A stretch of 61,427 bases of DNA, counting the filler, from Basidiobolus ranarum (lineage: Eukaryota): the NCBI GenBank assembly GCA_040143965.1. It is 4 parts of 4 records of this genome, joined end to end, with 100 filler letters (N's around TTAATTAATTAA, not from the genome) between each part and the next. Parts side by side here need not be neighbours in the genome. Positions count along the whole stretch, not along the records: positions 1 to 15,318 come from JASJQH010000383.1; positions 15,419 to 30,702 come from JASJQH010000384.1; 2 more parts are not named here. One strand, given 5' to 3'. The position numbers were made by a program, and so were the translations under genes. Under the pieces are notes generated by a model. It worked only from the letters and a program-made list of their open reading frames with translations. It was not told the DNA's origin and ran no database searches. Of this stretch, positions 12,792-25,086 are shown piece after piece; the stretch's first letter is position 1, and each line of letters begins with the position of its first letter.

Positions 12792-13786
12792 AAGAGGGAA
12801 TTACTATAAATATCCCACCTACCCTGACCCTTAGATATCTTCCCAATCACCCCTGATCCTATTTGATTCTTACACCTAGCTCTGATCTAGAATTGGATAT
12901 CCGAGCTTTGATACTTTCACTTCATACCCTACCTAACCCAAATCAGCCAAGTCCAATCCGAGTCAATTTATAAATATCCTGTTTACTCTAATCGATTGAT
13001 CGTAATCATTCAATTTTCGGTTATTTTTGAAGTTTCATTTTCTAATCGTGATCGTTTCATTAGAAATTCTAGTGAGTGGAAGCCAATAGATTAGCCCTCA
13101 ATGTCCTTAACTGTGACTTGGATTATGCTTTGGACGCGGCCATAAGACCATGTTGGGGATATTGTTGCTTTGAGGGCTTAATTTGGTCACGAAATCATGC
13201 GTGCAAATGCTGTTCACCAAATCAGTTTCTCGGTCATCTTAATAAAGATAGTACATAGAATAGGGCAATAGAGTGGAGCTCTGATTAAAAGAAGGAACGG
13301 AAATAATGAACTCGGTAAAATATAAAACTTCAGTTTGGTTCCATCCGCATTCTTTTTTAGAGTTCTATAAGCGTAAATTCGATCCATCTCCAATTCCCTC
13401 AATATTACGAGAAAAACCAAGGGTTAGGGTGAATCGTGAATCGTGATTCATCGATGGAAGTTAGGGTTAGGTCCCCATATCGGAGGGAATCAAGTGGTCA
13501 GGGTCAGGGTTGGGTGAGTACGCACCCTCCAACCTCATATTTCATGACCCAATTTTAAGTAAGCATCTACCAATTATGTTCCTCATAGGCATTAGATAAA
13601 CAATCCTCTCATTGGTGTAATTGTTGCGATAAATAGCATATATACCGTACCAATGGTGCTTTTTGATCATTAAGTTTATTGGCAAAGAAGCTAAGGAAAT
13701 ATGGTCGGGGTTTCATGTACAGAAAAATATCAATTCTAGTTGATGACGCGAAAATTGAAAAGAAAAAAAGAGAGGTCGAGGTGGAA

Positions 13787-14053
13787 TCAAGCTAGAGAAT
13801 CATCAAAGATATTGTAGCTTCCAGAATATGGCTTCTTGGTAGCTTCAGTAGATGTGGAATTGTCACACGTTGGAAGTGACCTCCCATTATGGTACAGATT
13901 GGAATAAAATTCCTGGTGCATACTAGTCACAGTTAGGGGCCCCTCTTGATTATTCCATTTCTTCGAGGTGTGAATATCCAAAAATCTTACTTCCTCAGAT
14001 TTACGCTTTGAACGAAGGGAGTTATTCTCAACTTTGAAATTGGCAGTCTGCAT
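13787..14053 (-). CDS. Small hypothetical protein (62 aa if in-frame intron 13913-13990 is spliced, 88 aa if not)
   Basis: ATG with a TATAAA about 70 bp upstream; internal GTAAGA...CTAAC...CAG 78-bp intron signal; no family recognised. Confidence 0.45.
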   Translation of the reverse strand: MQTANFKVENNSLRSKRKSEEVRFLDIHTSKKWNNQEGPLTVTSMHQEFYSNLYHNGRSLPTCDNSTSTEATKKPYSGSYNIFDDSLA

Positions 14054-15318
14054 CGCGTAAAATTCAATGACAACAAGAGGAATCCTAAATGTGGTGGAAT
14101 CCCAAGTGCCCTTGACCTCGAATATTTATATTTTTTGAAGCGTGATTTCACATTATCTAATAACAAATATCCTTCTATTGGACTATAAGCCATTGTTCCA
14201 ACCCTAAACATATCAAACATTAGTACCCCCTATTCTAGAATCATCTGCAATTTCTCATTGTGTATTATGGCGGATATTTCATGAAGTTTCGATTGTCCAT
14301 AATGCATTCTATATCCAAAGCATCCAGAATAGCTTAACCGCGATCGTTTTCCCTCAGTATTTCTAATTGATGTAAAAAGGAATACTTTGCTTCGTTATTA
14401 TTTTAAACCAACTTCACTAAATTAAATCGATTTCTTGGTGAATTTTGATTAGTATTTGCCAACTGATGTGACACCTTGGCTATTGTTGATTGCGCAGTTT
14501 TTTCGACGCCATAGACGATGTCTTGAGGTGCGTTTGTAATCGAGTTAAAAAAAAGAATTTAATTGGGGTTTGGTATTCAGTCACTTGTAACTATTTTACT
14601 CAAATTGTCTAGTATACTGCCTCCAAACATTCTAAAGGTGGATTATGCAGTTTTCAAAAGTCTAAAATCACATAACCATTGGGATAAATATATAATAGAA
14701 AGTTTGAGTTTCTGGCACTAAAGACCATTTATTTCGTAGTTGTACTTTTCGCAGATTCCAGCTCAAGTTCCCTTGTATTTCGTGCTTTAGATTTAGAATC
14801 TCTAGGCTTAGCCCAGCACTATTAAATTGGTGTTCATTTTGTGACTTATTTTTACTTCTTTGTATAATGCATTTAGCCAATTAAATTAATAAAGGTGAGA
14901 GAATGTTACGTGATTATGCAACGGTGTGATCTTACAGTAACCAGTTAAAATGGTTTACTTCTCAGTCGTCTGGATGCATAGGGTGGAGGAGTAATAGGAA
15001 AAGTAACAATTTTATCAGGGGTAACATAGGTTCACTATCATATTCAAAGCAGTCTCCAACAAGTACTAATCCTACTATCTTGTCCATCAGCCCTAACTAT
15101 TGTTCACGCAAACTACCACTTGTGAGTATCCCGGATCTAGTACATATATGCTATACCTTTGGCTAATATCCCGCGTGAATAGCCCATTTCCTAGCTATTC
15201 GGAGGATTTCTCATTTTGGTTATACATTATCGAAGAGAAATAAGGTTCAGATTCTGCGCCCTATGAGTGTCACAGAAATTAATTCGATGCAAATAATTCC
15301 TTTCATGTAACACAAGGC

Positions 15319-15418
15319 NNNNNNNNNNNNNNNNNNNNNNNNNNNNNNNNNNNNNNNNNNNNTTAATTAATTAANNNNNNNNNNNNNNNNNNNNNNNNNN
15401 NNNNNNNNNNNNNNNNNN
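15319..15418. other. Artificial 100-bp contig spacer (N44-TTAATTAATTAA-N44)
   Basis: N run with a central palindrome that gives stops in all six frames. Confidence 0.97.
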
Positions 15419-15842
15419 AATGTATAAATGCTTAATTTCTGGTCAATAAATAATTATCTCACAAAGCTATTCACAACTCCACTTTTCTAAAGTTCCTCCA
15501 AACAGCCCATATTTTCCCAATAGAAATCATGTTCTTTGGAACATTCCATGGAACCTAACTAATCATGTCATCCATGTCTTGTGGTCTACACCCAAGTACT
15601 CTCCTGCCTTCTAGTCTCTTGTTGTTGTTCTCAGTCCTTGTGCAGTTCCTTATTGTGACACAAACAGCCCATATTTACCCAATATGAACTTGCTTAAATT
15701 GGTCATCAAGTTAAGTATGGATATGATCCAGTATTCTCAAAATACATTAAAAGATTGATGTCTTGATTGTCACTTAGTTAAAATTAGTGTATAAGCTAAG
15801 TAAAGTCCACAACATATGGTGCTTTTCATCCCCCCTAACCCT

Positions 15843-15980
15843 GAGAGCTTCTGAGTTGGTAAAAAAATTCCAAGTATATTGCAATTGAGAATAATGGATA
15901 ATATCTTAGTGAATTATGAGATAACTAAGTACTAAGATATATATGACTAAATAGGTGCTTAGGCAATTCCAATTCCAACA
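15843..15980 (-). repeat. Dispersed repeat family, inverted partial copy
   Basis: Reverse complement matches about 180-316 and 42522-42620. Confidence 0.8.
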
Positions 15981-16315
15981 AAACCTTGGGTATGAAGAAC
16001 TCAATAAAAATATTCAGGAAAATATATCAAAGAAACTAGGTATTTCAAAGGTGACACATTATTGTTCAAGTGGTAAATGTCTAAAATTTGAGTTATGTTT
16101 TGTCACATGTGTTGATCCATAGTTCTCTGAGATTGTAGCCAATCATGTGCAAATATTTTGCAAGATCTTGAAATTTCACTCCTGAAACTGAAAAAATTGA
16201 TTAAAATCAAATCTAACTTGACAATTTTATGATGGTAAGTAAACTGTCAATCCAAAATGGATTAAAATTGTGATGGTTTTCCTACAATAACCATCCTCAA
16301 ATTTCTGTTTGGGTA

Positions 16316-17365
16316 TTCTAATTGCTATCTTTCTGAATGACTTCCCCAGTCTCTCCCCAGGCTCTATGGTGACTCTCTTTGCTGATGATGTCAGAATCTC
16401 TTCCCCCAATATCTAACAAAACTCTGACACTATTAGCAGTTATCTCCAGCAGAATAATCTCCAGCTCTCTTTGGCCAAGACTGTTCCTCTAGGCTGCTCA
16501 CTCTCTTTGATTGGTTCAACCATATCTGCTCAGAACTAAGCTACTTACCTTGGATTCCCTTTCCTTCCTGATTGCTTGGACTCTGCTGCTCATCTCAAGA
16601 AAAGAATGGTTTTGGCAAGGCAGGCTCTTCACAAGCTATGGCTATTAGTCCCCCTACTACTTCTGCTCCCAGTTGTATACTTCTCCTCAAACAGCTTGTC
16701 TTTCCAGTTCTAGAATTTGGCTTACCTCTTCTTTCTCTCATATCCAGGCACTTCACCAAACTTGACAGATTTGTAGTTTGGTGTATCACTTCCCTAATTC
16801 CCCATCTGCCTGAGTGCCCTTACAGACATGCCATTCTTGATGCCTTTGGATTACTTCCATATAGTCTTAGAATACTCTACCTGAAGACTAGACTGTTCAT
16901 CAGGATTTTTCAGAGTCAGAACCCTCTAATTATGTCCTGGAGAGGTTCCCACTTCTCTGATCCTTCTTCTTGCTGGAGAATACTGCTAGGAGATCCTGAA
17001 GTCAGGAAATTTTCTTCCTTTATAGAACAAGCTGAGAAGCCCTCCCTTGCCTAGCAGGAATACTTGGTAGACCTTTGGCAGCAATATTTTCAGAAACACA
17101 CTCCCTTTATGCTTTATGTTAACTCTAGCCTTATTCCACTTATTTCTATTGTTGACAAACCATTTTTACCTTTATTACTCCCTCCCACTCCACTTAATAG
17201 TGTCTTAGACTCTACTGACTTAACTTTTCTACTTTGCAACATTCATACCAATACTCCAGAACTTCACACTTTAATTAAGAAACTACAAAAGTAGTTATGG
17301 CTTCTTTGTTTTGTTTGAAATAAAGATTTCACCTGTTGGTGACTGTCTCCCCCTAACCCTAACCC
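16316..17365 (+). mobile_element. 5'-truncated, pseudogenised non-LTR (LINE-like) retrotransposon, RT domain to 3' end
   Basis: Frame from 16321 reads IAIFLNDF...TLFADDVRI...LQLSLAKT...TYLGFPF with two in-frame TAA stops. A frameshift near 16640 leads into thumb-like KQLVFPVLEFG...GLLPYSLRI; the ORF ends at 17294, then AATAAA and CCCCCTAACCCTAACCC. Confidence 0.85.
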
Positions 17366-17764
17366 AGGTTAATCAAACCTTGAACAAGAGCTAAAATTGA
17401 GTTGATGGAGTAAGAAATAATTAAAAAGTATAAGCAACTATAATCCAATACTTAAGCTAGATGGTATTATTATAAAACATATGAGGAGGTTTGAACCTAT
17501 ATCCCGATTAGATATTTCTGAATATTTACCACATGATGCTTTCAAAATGTAATATAAATATATTGTGACAGTTAAGGTTTCAATACCAAACCATCTACAT
17601 CCGGTAGAAACTATGATGGATGAAAAATATAACAGCTCTCATTAAGCTTTACATGGGTTTGAATGCAGTTTAATAGGATAAAAGAATTACAATTCATCAA
17701 GAAATATAACAAAAATAAACATTTAATGAAGTTAAAGTGAGGAGATAGGAATTCAAGAAGTAGT

Positions 17765-20700
17765 TTACGAGAAGTTAAGATTGATCACTGGTTCGGTGAA
17801 ATTGGAAGGGAAGAGTCCTCTTTTAATTGAACCATCTTCCATTTGGATTTGGCCCTCCCACCATCCGTCTAAATGGGTGGCTAGAACACGAACAACTTGT
17901 CCCTCATGAATGGACAATTCTTCATTACTTTCGGCATCATAGTCATACAATGCTCGTACTTCCATATCGGGCTGTTTGTTAGAAGCAGAATACCCAAGGG
18001 TACCGCCGTTAGTAGAATCACCATGCTGGGGATTATTGGGCTCTTTCAACGAGGGTTGGCTATTCTTTTGTCCAAGCATTCCTTCAGCGTGAGAATGGTC
18101 AATTGCTTGAGATTTGGGTCTAGTACGAGAAGATGATTGAGGCCTGTTTGGATCAGTGGAGTATGGTGAGTTTTGGGAACTCATTCTTCCATTGGGTTTA
18201 TCGGAATATAAGCTCATCTTTGGCTTAACTGATTCTTGAATCATGGTTTCCTTGGATCGGGAAGCAAATACACTTCGCGATTCTTTAATGGGTGTGGAGT
18301 TGGGTGTTTGAACTTTGTTATTGCCATTGGCATTACCTCTACTTGGTTGCTCGGTAGAGGTGTCAATTGAGAGAGGGGGGCGTCCGTGATTAGCCAAGTC
18401 TTGCTTACTATCTAATTGTAAATTTCTAAACTCTTCTGGAGTGATTTCAGTGCTAAAGTCACGTCGAGAATTGAAATTTGCTTTATCATTTTCGTAATAT
18501 GCGGCAGATCCAAATTCATTCTTAACCATGTCGGTCTGATTATTAGGCATCCCTGAAGGTTGTGGAGGAAGGCCATTGGTGTAAGAATTAGATTGGGAGC
18601 TGGGGTTGCGTCGCATTGTGTCTGGTTGTGCTTCAGACACATTGATTTCTCTGGGATGAGATGACGGATAATTTGAAGGTGGGGCTTCAGGCTGTTGGTT
18701 TGGTACCGAAGGGTGAGATGAATCATATGGTGGTTGAGGGTTTCTTGGAGAGATAGGTGTGTTCGCTAGACCTGAATGGGGTCCAGGTGGATAGGGACCA
18801 TCATATGGTGATTGAGGTACCTGTTGAGTAGACTGGACCTTGGGTTGATCTTGAGGGTAATATGGTTGACTAGGTGGAGGAATATGAGATACTTGAGGTT
18901 CGTTTCCACGTATGGTTTCTGGGGCAGTTTCCCGTGGTTGAGGTCTTGGATGAGCCTGAGGAGGTTGAACGGGGGGCTCGGCCAATGAATATTGACTCTG
19001 TGGTTGGACAGGAGCTGTGGTGGATGGGTGCTGAGTTTGTGGTTGAGTGGATGGATGTTGTTGAGCTGCTGGAGCCTGATAAACACCTAGGCCGTGAGTA
19101 GGCTCAGGAGCATTAGTTGTCTTTGATCTTGGTAGGCTCGCGACTTCTGGAAGATGTGTTTGGTTTGGTACTGTATTCTGACGGTGAAGTCCATTATCAA
19201 TCTGGAGCGGAGGAGGGTGTCCATTACCACCGTAGTTAACCCAGGGTGAGCGTTGGTTTGGTGTTCCGGGATAGTACGCCATTTGATGTGGAGAGGCAGT
19301 AGGGGACGTGGGGCGACCTGAGTAATCAACCATTCTACCTGGATAGGCCATTGGTGATGGGGCGGGTGAACCGTAATATGCCATACGAGGATCAACAGGA
19401 TAATACCCATTTCGAAGGCCATAAGGTGAAGGATAATTTCTGTATGGCATCCCTGACTCCGGCCCATTCTGATAATAGAGGCTTCTTGGGTCTCGTGGGT
19501 CGTAGCCATAATTGTTGGGCTGTTCTGCTACCTGTTGCTCAGTCCCAGGAGGGAATGCACCTTGAGGAGTAGAAGACATACTGCGACTGGGATCCTGCGA
19601 CTCTACATTTGGACGAGATGGATTAACATCATTTCTTTGTTGAGGGTCTGATCGAGTTTCATATGCCTTTCCATTTGATGGAATACCCCTAGGATAGGCA
19701 GGTTCTAATAGAGACATTAGTATATATCATATGTTGATACTCCAAAATTCCCTCTTACCTGGCATTTCGTCACCAGTGCCATTCTCTTGAATAAATTGTA
19801 TAATATCAGCCTGTGTATTGCATTTCTCCAACGAAACCCGAATATTCTCGCAAGACTACGAATAGTAGGAAACTGATGAGCAAAATTAAAGGAAAATATC
19901 AGGAGAATACTCTAATCACCTCATCTTCCGTAACACAATTAGCAGCAATTAAATTGGAAAAGTCCCAGCATATCTTTTTCAAAAACTCTATCCTGTCCTC
20001 CTCCAAGCTTTGAAATACCTAAAAATAAAACTGGTTAGTATCTATGCATGATGCAAATGCAACTAAATCAATACTAACGTTGCATGATTCTCTCCAATCG
20101 TTGGCCCATTTAGCATCGGCCTCCTCTGATTTTCCCACCATATCCCAGAATTGGGCATCTAAATGAAGTCCAAGATTAATAACCTTATACCCGGCAACTA
20201 TTTGTCTTTTGGGTATTTACCTAGCTGTCGATATGAAGACACCATGCTATGATACTCCGGGTTATGCTAATTTCACAGTGTTAGTCGAAGCTCTATCAAA
20301 TCCAAATACTAAAGCGATAAAAACCTCAATGTGTGGGTGTTTTTCCATCTCTCTAATACGGAATTTTTCGGATTCCCATCGCTCTTTAAGTTTCATTATT
20401 TGAGCACGGAACATTGCTTTATCGCGTGCAGACTTCTCCATTTTTACAGTTTGCTATAGTGTAAACCCGTTAGAATATGGAATAATATGGAGATATCTGC
20501 ATCAAGTGCGTGTCTACTTACTACTTTACGTTTTTCTCGTTGAGAACTCATGAATTCTACGATTGTGGCATCGAGTTCTTCTTGAATTTGTTGAGAAAGT
20601 GTGAGATGTGAATTAGCTTGGGTTTGAAGTTCTGAGCGGAATATCTCAAGGGAGGATTTTAGATTGCTGTTAAAAGTAGAGAAATTTATGGAATTAAGAA

Positions 20701-21072
20701 CAATCCACTATGAAAAGTCACATATATATCACTAACCCGAATTCCTTCTGACCCAGCTGGACTTGAGCTAAATCCAATAGTTTCTTTCCGTACTCTTCCT
20801 CCAATGCTGATCTATTCAAGTAGTGTGAGGATTTGATGTAAGTAAAAAAATCAAGTGAATGGATAATATACCTAGCAGCAAATAGTGATTGAAAATCGAC
20901 AAAGGTTTGCTTAGAATTGCGTAATTTTGTCATTAGAACCTCTACACCCTCTTCATTTTTCCCCTAAAGCATAGACTATTAGTACAAGATGGCATAAATA
21001 AGTGGCAAATCTTGGGAAATTAAGAAAAATTACCCAAAAGGAATTCGCATATGTAGGAGTTGATATTGTCAT
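17765..21072 (-). CDS. F-BAR (FCH)-SH3 cytokinesis/membrane scaffold, Cdc15/Imp2/Hof1-like, multi-exon
   Basis: ATG 21072 MTISTPTYANSFW|GKNEEGVEVLMTKL (intron 20964-21033), RSALEEEYGKKL (FCH), coiled-coil exons, long P/Q-rich linker, C-terminal SH3 (ALYDYDAESNEELSIHEG, DGWWEG, GLFPSNF). Confidence 0.9.
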
Positions 21073-21603
21073 GACGAGTTTCCAACCGTAAATATGTTAA
21101 CAATCAGTATGTGACTTGATAAAGAGACAAATATTTATGTCAAGTAGGTAGTACTGAATTGTGAATGAGATGCAGAGGTAAAATCGAAAAGTTGAAAAGA
21201 ACAAGTAAAAGGCAATGATTAATCTTGATGGTTACTCTCGAGTGTGTTTACAGAGCACCTGAATGACTAAATATTGTCAAAAAACAATGCAACCATTGGC
21301 TGTCAAGAATAAATGAGTTAACTTCAATCAGGCTATTTATTTACTTTTGGGCTGATTCTTTTACAAATTGACTTATGATACTGGTTTAAATGGACAAACT
21401 TCGATGGAAGCCGTTGAGCAGATAGTCATTAGGGATATGGATGGATTACGAAAAGCAATTAAATATATATGAGGTTGGGGTTTGTAGCATACAATGTCTC
21501 ATTATCAAACACTGTGGCTAGTTCGGAATGTGCCAAGCAATGTATTTATTTGACCCGTGGTGGCCCGCTGTAAGCGCTAGTTTCGTAAGTTCGATGATTA
21601 GCG

Positions 21604-21674
21604 TTAGGGTGATGTCGAGTAGGGTTAAGGTGAATGTTAGGGCTAGGTAGAGTTAGGGTTAGGATTCAGTAGGG
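21604..21674 (+). promoter_or_regulatory. Cluster of TTAGGG (telo-box-like) motifs in the divergent F-BAR / HP1 promoter
   Basis: TTAGGG at 21604, 21637 and 21653 plus variants (GTAGGG, TTAAGG, TTAGGA); regulatory function is inferred only. Confidence 0.45.
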
Positions 21675-21877
21675 CAACAGAATAGATCCCGAGCATAATT
21701 TCGAATGGGAAATTGTTTTTGTTTTGACTCAAAACACGGTCAAAAAAAATTATATGATCTACAAAGATACATAGTCGCGTAATTGGATGAATTTGTTTAT
21801 TTGTACCTAGCGCGTCTTTTCCTCCACATATATTTCTCTTGTCCAGTGTTTGTAGCTCTCATATTCAACTATCGGAA

Positions 21878-22438
21878 ATGGTCAAGCCTGCCAACCAACC
21901 TACCTTATCAAAAGAGGAGAACCCTCAAGAATCCGAAGAAGAGCCCGAAGAGGAGGTTTATGTTGTTGAGAAAGTAGTAAAACATCGTAAACGTGATGGA
22001 AAAGTTCAATACTTCTTGAAATGGAAAGGATATCCACATTCCGAAAACACTTGGGAAGATGAAGATAATGTCTTCTGCACTGATCTCATCGAAGAATACT
22101 GGAAGAATCGCGGTGCTTCCACCAGTTCTCCCGTTGCACGTCCTGGACCAAAATCACAAGTATCTAAGCGTAAGGTTGAGAGCGATGAGGAAATCGATGA
22201 AGTCCAACCTACTAAGAAAACAACTACCTTCCCTGGAGCCAATGCTGACAGCTGGGAAGACCTCATTGCCAACATTGAGACTGTTGAGCGTAACGACAAA
22301 GAGGAGCTTATGGTATACGTTGTTTGGAAGGACGACTCCCGTACAGTTCACTTAAACACTGTGATGCATCAAAAATGCCCGCTCTTGATGCTTCAATTCT
22401 ATGAAGCTCATCTCAAGTTCAAGCTTGCCCCCCAATAA
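21878..22438 (+). CDS. swi6: Heterochromatin protein 1 (HP1/Swi6 family), 186 aa, intronless
   Basis: Acidic patch, chromodomain YVVEKVVKHR...YFLKWKGY...NTWE, hinge, chromoshadow SWEDLI...VYVVWKD...KCPLLMLQFYEAHLKF. Confidence 0.93.
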   Translation: MVKPANQPTLSKEENPQESEEEPEEEVYVVEKVVKHRKRDGKVQYFLKWKGYPHSENTWEDEDNVFCTDLIEEYWKNRGASTSSPVARPGPKSQVSKRKVESDEEIDEVQPTKKTTTFPGANADSWEDLIANIETVERNDKEELMVYVVWKDDSRTVHLNTVMHQKCPLLMLQFYEAHLKFKLAPQ

Positions 22439-22877
22439 ATAGCACTATTCATTTGTTCAATACGGACGAGAAACCTACCATTCCCCGTTCATCGCTTATA
22501 CTTCACTGCTTTTATGTTCTTTATTTTCTTGTTAGTCTTTGATTTTCCAAACTGTTAAAAGAAACCCTTGCTTCAACTTCACCAAGCAATATCAATGTGT
22601 TACTGAGAATAGCAATATTGTTATAGAATGAAATAAATAATATTTTTGAGAAACATCACCGTATTTTTGTGTAAGAATAAGTTCGTATAAAGCTATAAGC
22701 ATTCAAGTAATCTGAGTGTATATCTTTACAAAGGATCAGTTTACTGTAGGTAAACAGAATAACAAGCAAGGTAATGTAATGAACTTGTATAGTTCTTCAA
22801 ATTTATTGTTTGGAAAAGAAATGTAACTTAGCAGAAGGTTTGATAACGTCAAGTATATTTTGTATATTTAAGCGGGT

Positions 22878-23373
22878 TTATAATTCATCTTTGCCGCTAT
22901 TGATGGCAAGTAATTCAACATCGAATACCAAGGTGGCATCGGCAGGGATCTTTGGTGGAGCACCACGAGAACCATAGCCAAGTTCGGAGGGAATGACCAA
23001 CTTGCGTTTTTCACCAACGCACATATTTTTCAAACCTTGGTCCCAGCCCTTAATAACGTGACCAGCACCTAAAGTGAAGTCAAAGGGTTCACCACGAGGG
23101 ATGCTAGAGTCAAACTCAGTACCGTCAGCAAAAAGTTTGCCGGTGTAATGCATGGAGAGGGAGTCTCCATCCTTTGAGCGTCTCACACAGTCAGTAGCAC
23201 GTTTCTTGATACCTATCGTTGTCCAAAAAGACGATACGTTAAAAATAAAGAATGGTTGGGAGTGATGAGAACCATTACGTACCGATTTGTAACTGTTTAG
23301 GAGCTTCTTTCATTGCCTCAGCACCAATAATGAGCAAACAGGCAGCTGCGAGGAAATAAAGTACACGGGTCAT
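22878..23373 (-). CDS. fpr2: ER-resident FKBP-type peptidyl-prolyl isomerase (FKBP13/Fpr2), 2 exons
   Basis: Signal peptide [20 protein letters not shown]; intron 23213-23282; [31 protein letters not shown]-terminal KDEL. Confidence 0.95.
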
Positions 23374-23632
23374 GTTTAAGGTGTCTAAAGAAGAATGTGT
23401 AGGCCGTAAACTGGATGCTCTTTCAATGACAGAAGTTGAGGTATTAATATTGTATGCATGACCCAAAATGATTCGTATCTAACAGATGTGTGGAAAAATC
23501 AACCAATGACTGCTTGATAGGTGGTATAGATTTGCATTAACATTGCCATCGATTCTAGCCAGTCATATCGACCAATTGAGTCATTCGTCAATAGATTGTT
23601 TGACTGTAGCATTTTAACTAATTAAGATTAAC

Positions 23633-23682
23633 TAGGGGTTAGGGTCGAATAATTGTTAGGGTTCAATGATCGTTAGGGTTAG
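23633..23682 (+). promoter_or_regulatory. Cluster of TTAGGG motifs upstream of FKBP gene
   Basis: TTAGGG at 23639, 23656 and 23673 (17-bp spacing); function inferred. Confidence 0.4.
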
Positions 23683-23794
23683 CACTCTGTCGTTTAATCA
23701 ATGATAATGATAGCATAGAATGTTGTATGAAATGCATGGATGAGTTTGAATCTAATAAAAGTTCATAGTGACAAGGTATATAGAGCAGCTAGGA

Positions 23795-25086
23795 TTATAA
23801 TTTCTTTACGGACTTTTTATGCTTGTTTTCTTTGTCGAGTTCTTTAGCAAGACTCAGTAGTGCATCTATTTCAGCAGGCGTTGCTATTCCGTGGGCTGAC
23901 CAGCGAACCTTATGGTTACTATCAACCAAGAAGGACCAGCCAAGGACTGCATTGGAAATACTTAAACGTCGACGAATCATCTCGATATCTTTGTAGTACA
24001 TCACATATGTTTCCTAGAAATATACAGGACTTAGATGTAAGCTAGCAATGAATCGGTCACTATTTTGTACATACGTGACGTTCCTTAGGGATGAGTCGGC
24101 GTAAATTGGGTTGGCTCACACGAAGTATAAGCCCTTTCAAAGGATTTTCTTGGATGTTCATCTAGATAGAGTGTTACTTTCCTATATATTTCATGAGTTC
24201 TATGAATCAAGAGCCATACCTCCAAAAGACCCATGTTTGGATTCTTAGCGCCGAATTCTTTAAGCCATGGTTCAACATAACTGCTAACGTGGGCCTTAAA
24301 TGCAAACATATAAGCAACCATCATTATCATAAATGAGTAACAGCAATATCTACCTCCCCAAATCTGGTAAAACAGAAGGTTACCAAGCTGGTCTTCCCGC
24401 CAATCAATGTCATACTATCTACTCTTTGTTTGGCAAGATTTTTACCGCGGAAATTGGGCATATACATGGCTTTCTGTTAAACACAAACCATTCAAGAAAT
24501 TAATTATTAACAGACAATTGACAAAGGTCGGAGTATAATTGCTTTAACTTACTTCAGCCTTGACAAGTTTGTTTGGTGCCTCATATTTTTTACTGCCAGT
24601 GTTTAAATCTATTTTGAAATTGCTTGTTAGAGCCAGATTTGCAAAAGGTAGAGTATAGTTGTGTAATAAATCCAAGGGAGCTTTGCTTCCATCATCAACT
24701 AACCGATAAAATCCTTCCAGTAGGATTCCGTTATTTTCTCTGCCCTAAATAAAGTTGAAAGCTAAGAAACTAGAGTCACATGGTCTGACAAATAATTTTG
24801 CAATAAAGAGCACTTACAACAAACGTCTTCTTTGTAAATGTTTGTCATAATCTAAGTATTCGTTGCAGTTATCCTTTAACCGCTCGAACCAAGTGCGAGT
24901 GTCTATTTTGGGAGGCTCGTTCACAATTTGTACTTCCGTACCTGGTAGTTCCCTCTTCTTTTTCTTAGGAGGATTTTCTTGTGGTACTGCGCTATAATAA
25001 CGGGCAGGAATAACTCTCAAGCTACCAATAAGTACAGTGGAGCTTCTGGGTAAGCCAAGTTTAAATGCTTGTGTTAATGCGTACAT
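23795..25086 (-). CDS. atp10: Mitochondrial ATP synthase assembly factor ATP10, multi-exon
   Basis: Basic presequence-like N-terminus; spliced exons read HLQRRRLL-AEKITESYWKDF, KAMYMPNFRGKNL, SYVEPWLKEF, LGWSFLVDSNHKVRWSAHGIATPAEI. Confidence 0.88.

Noticed and set aside
15363-15374. TTAATTAATTAA palindrome repeated every ~15.4 kb as a biological periodic element
   Set aside because: Always centred in a 100-bp N block; it is an artificial six-frame-stop linker.
17897-19572. Several overlapping ORFs inside the F-BAR/SH3 gene
   Set aside because: Shadow frames of low-complexity coding sequence.
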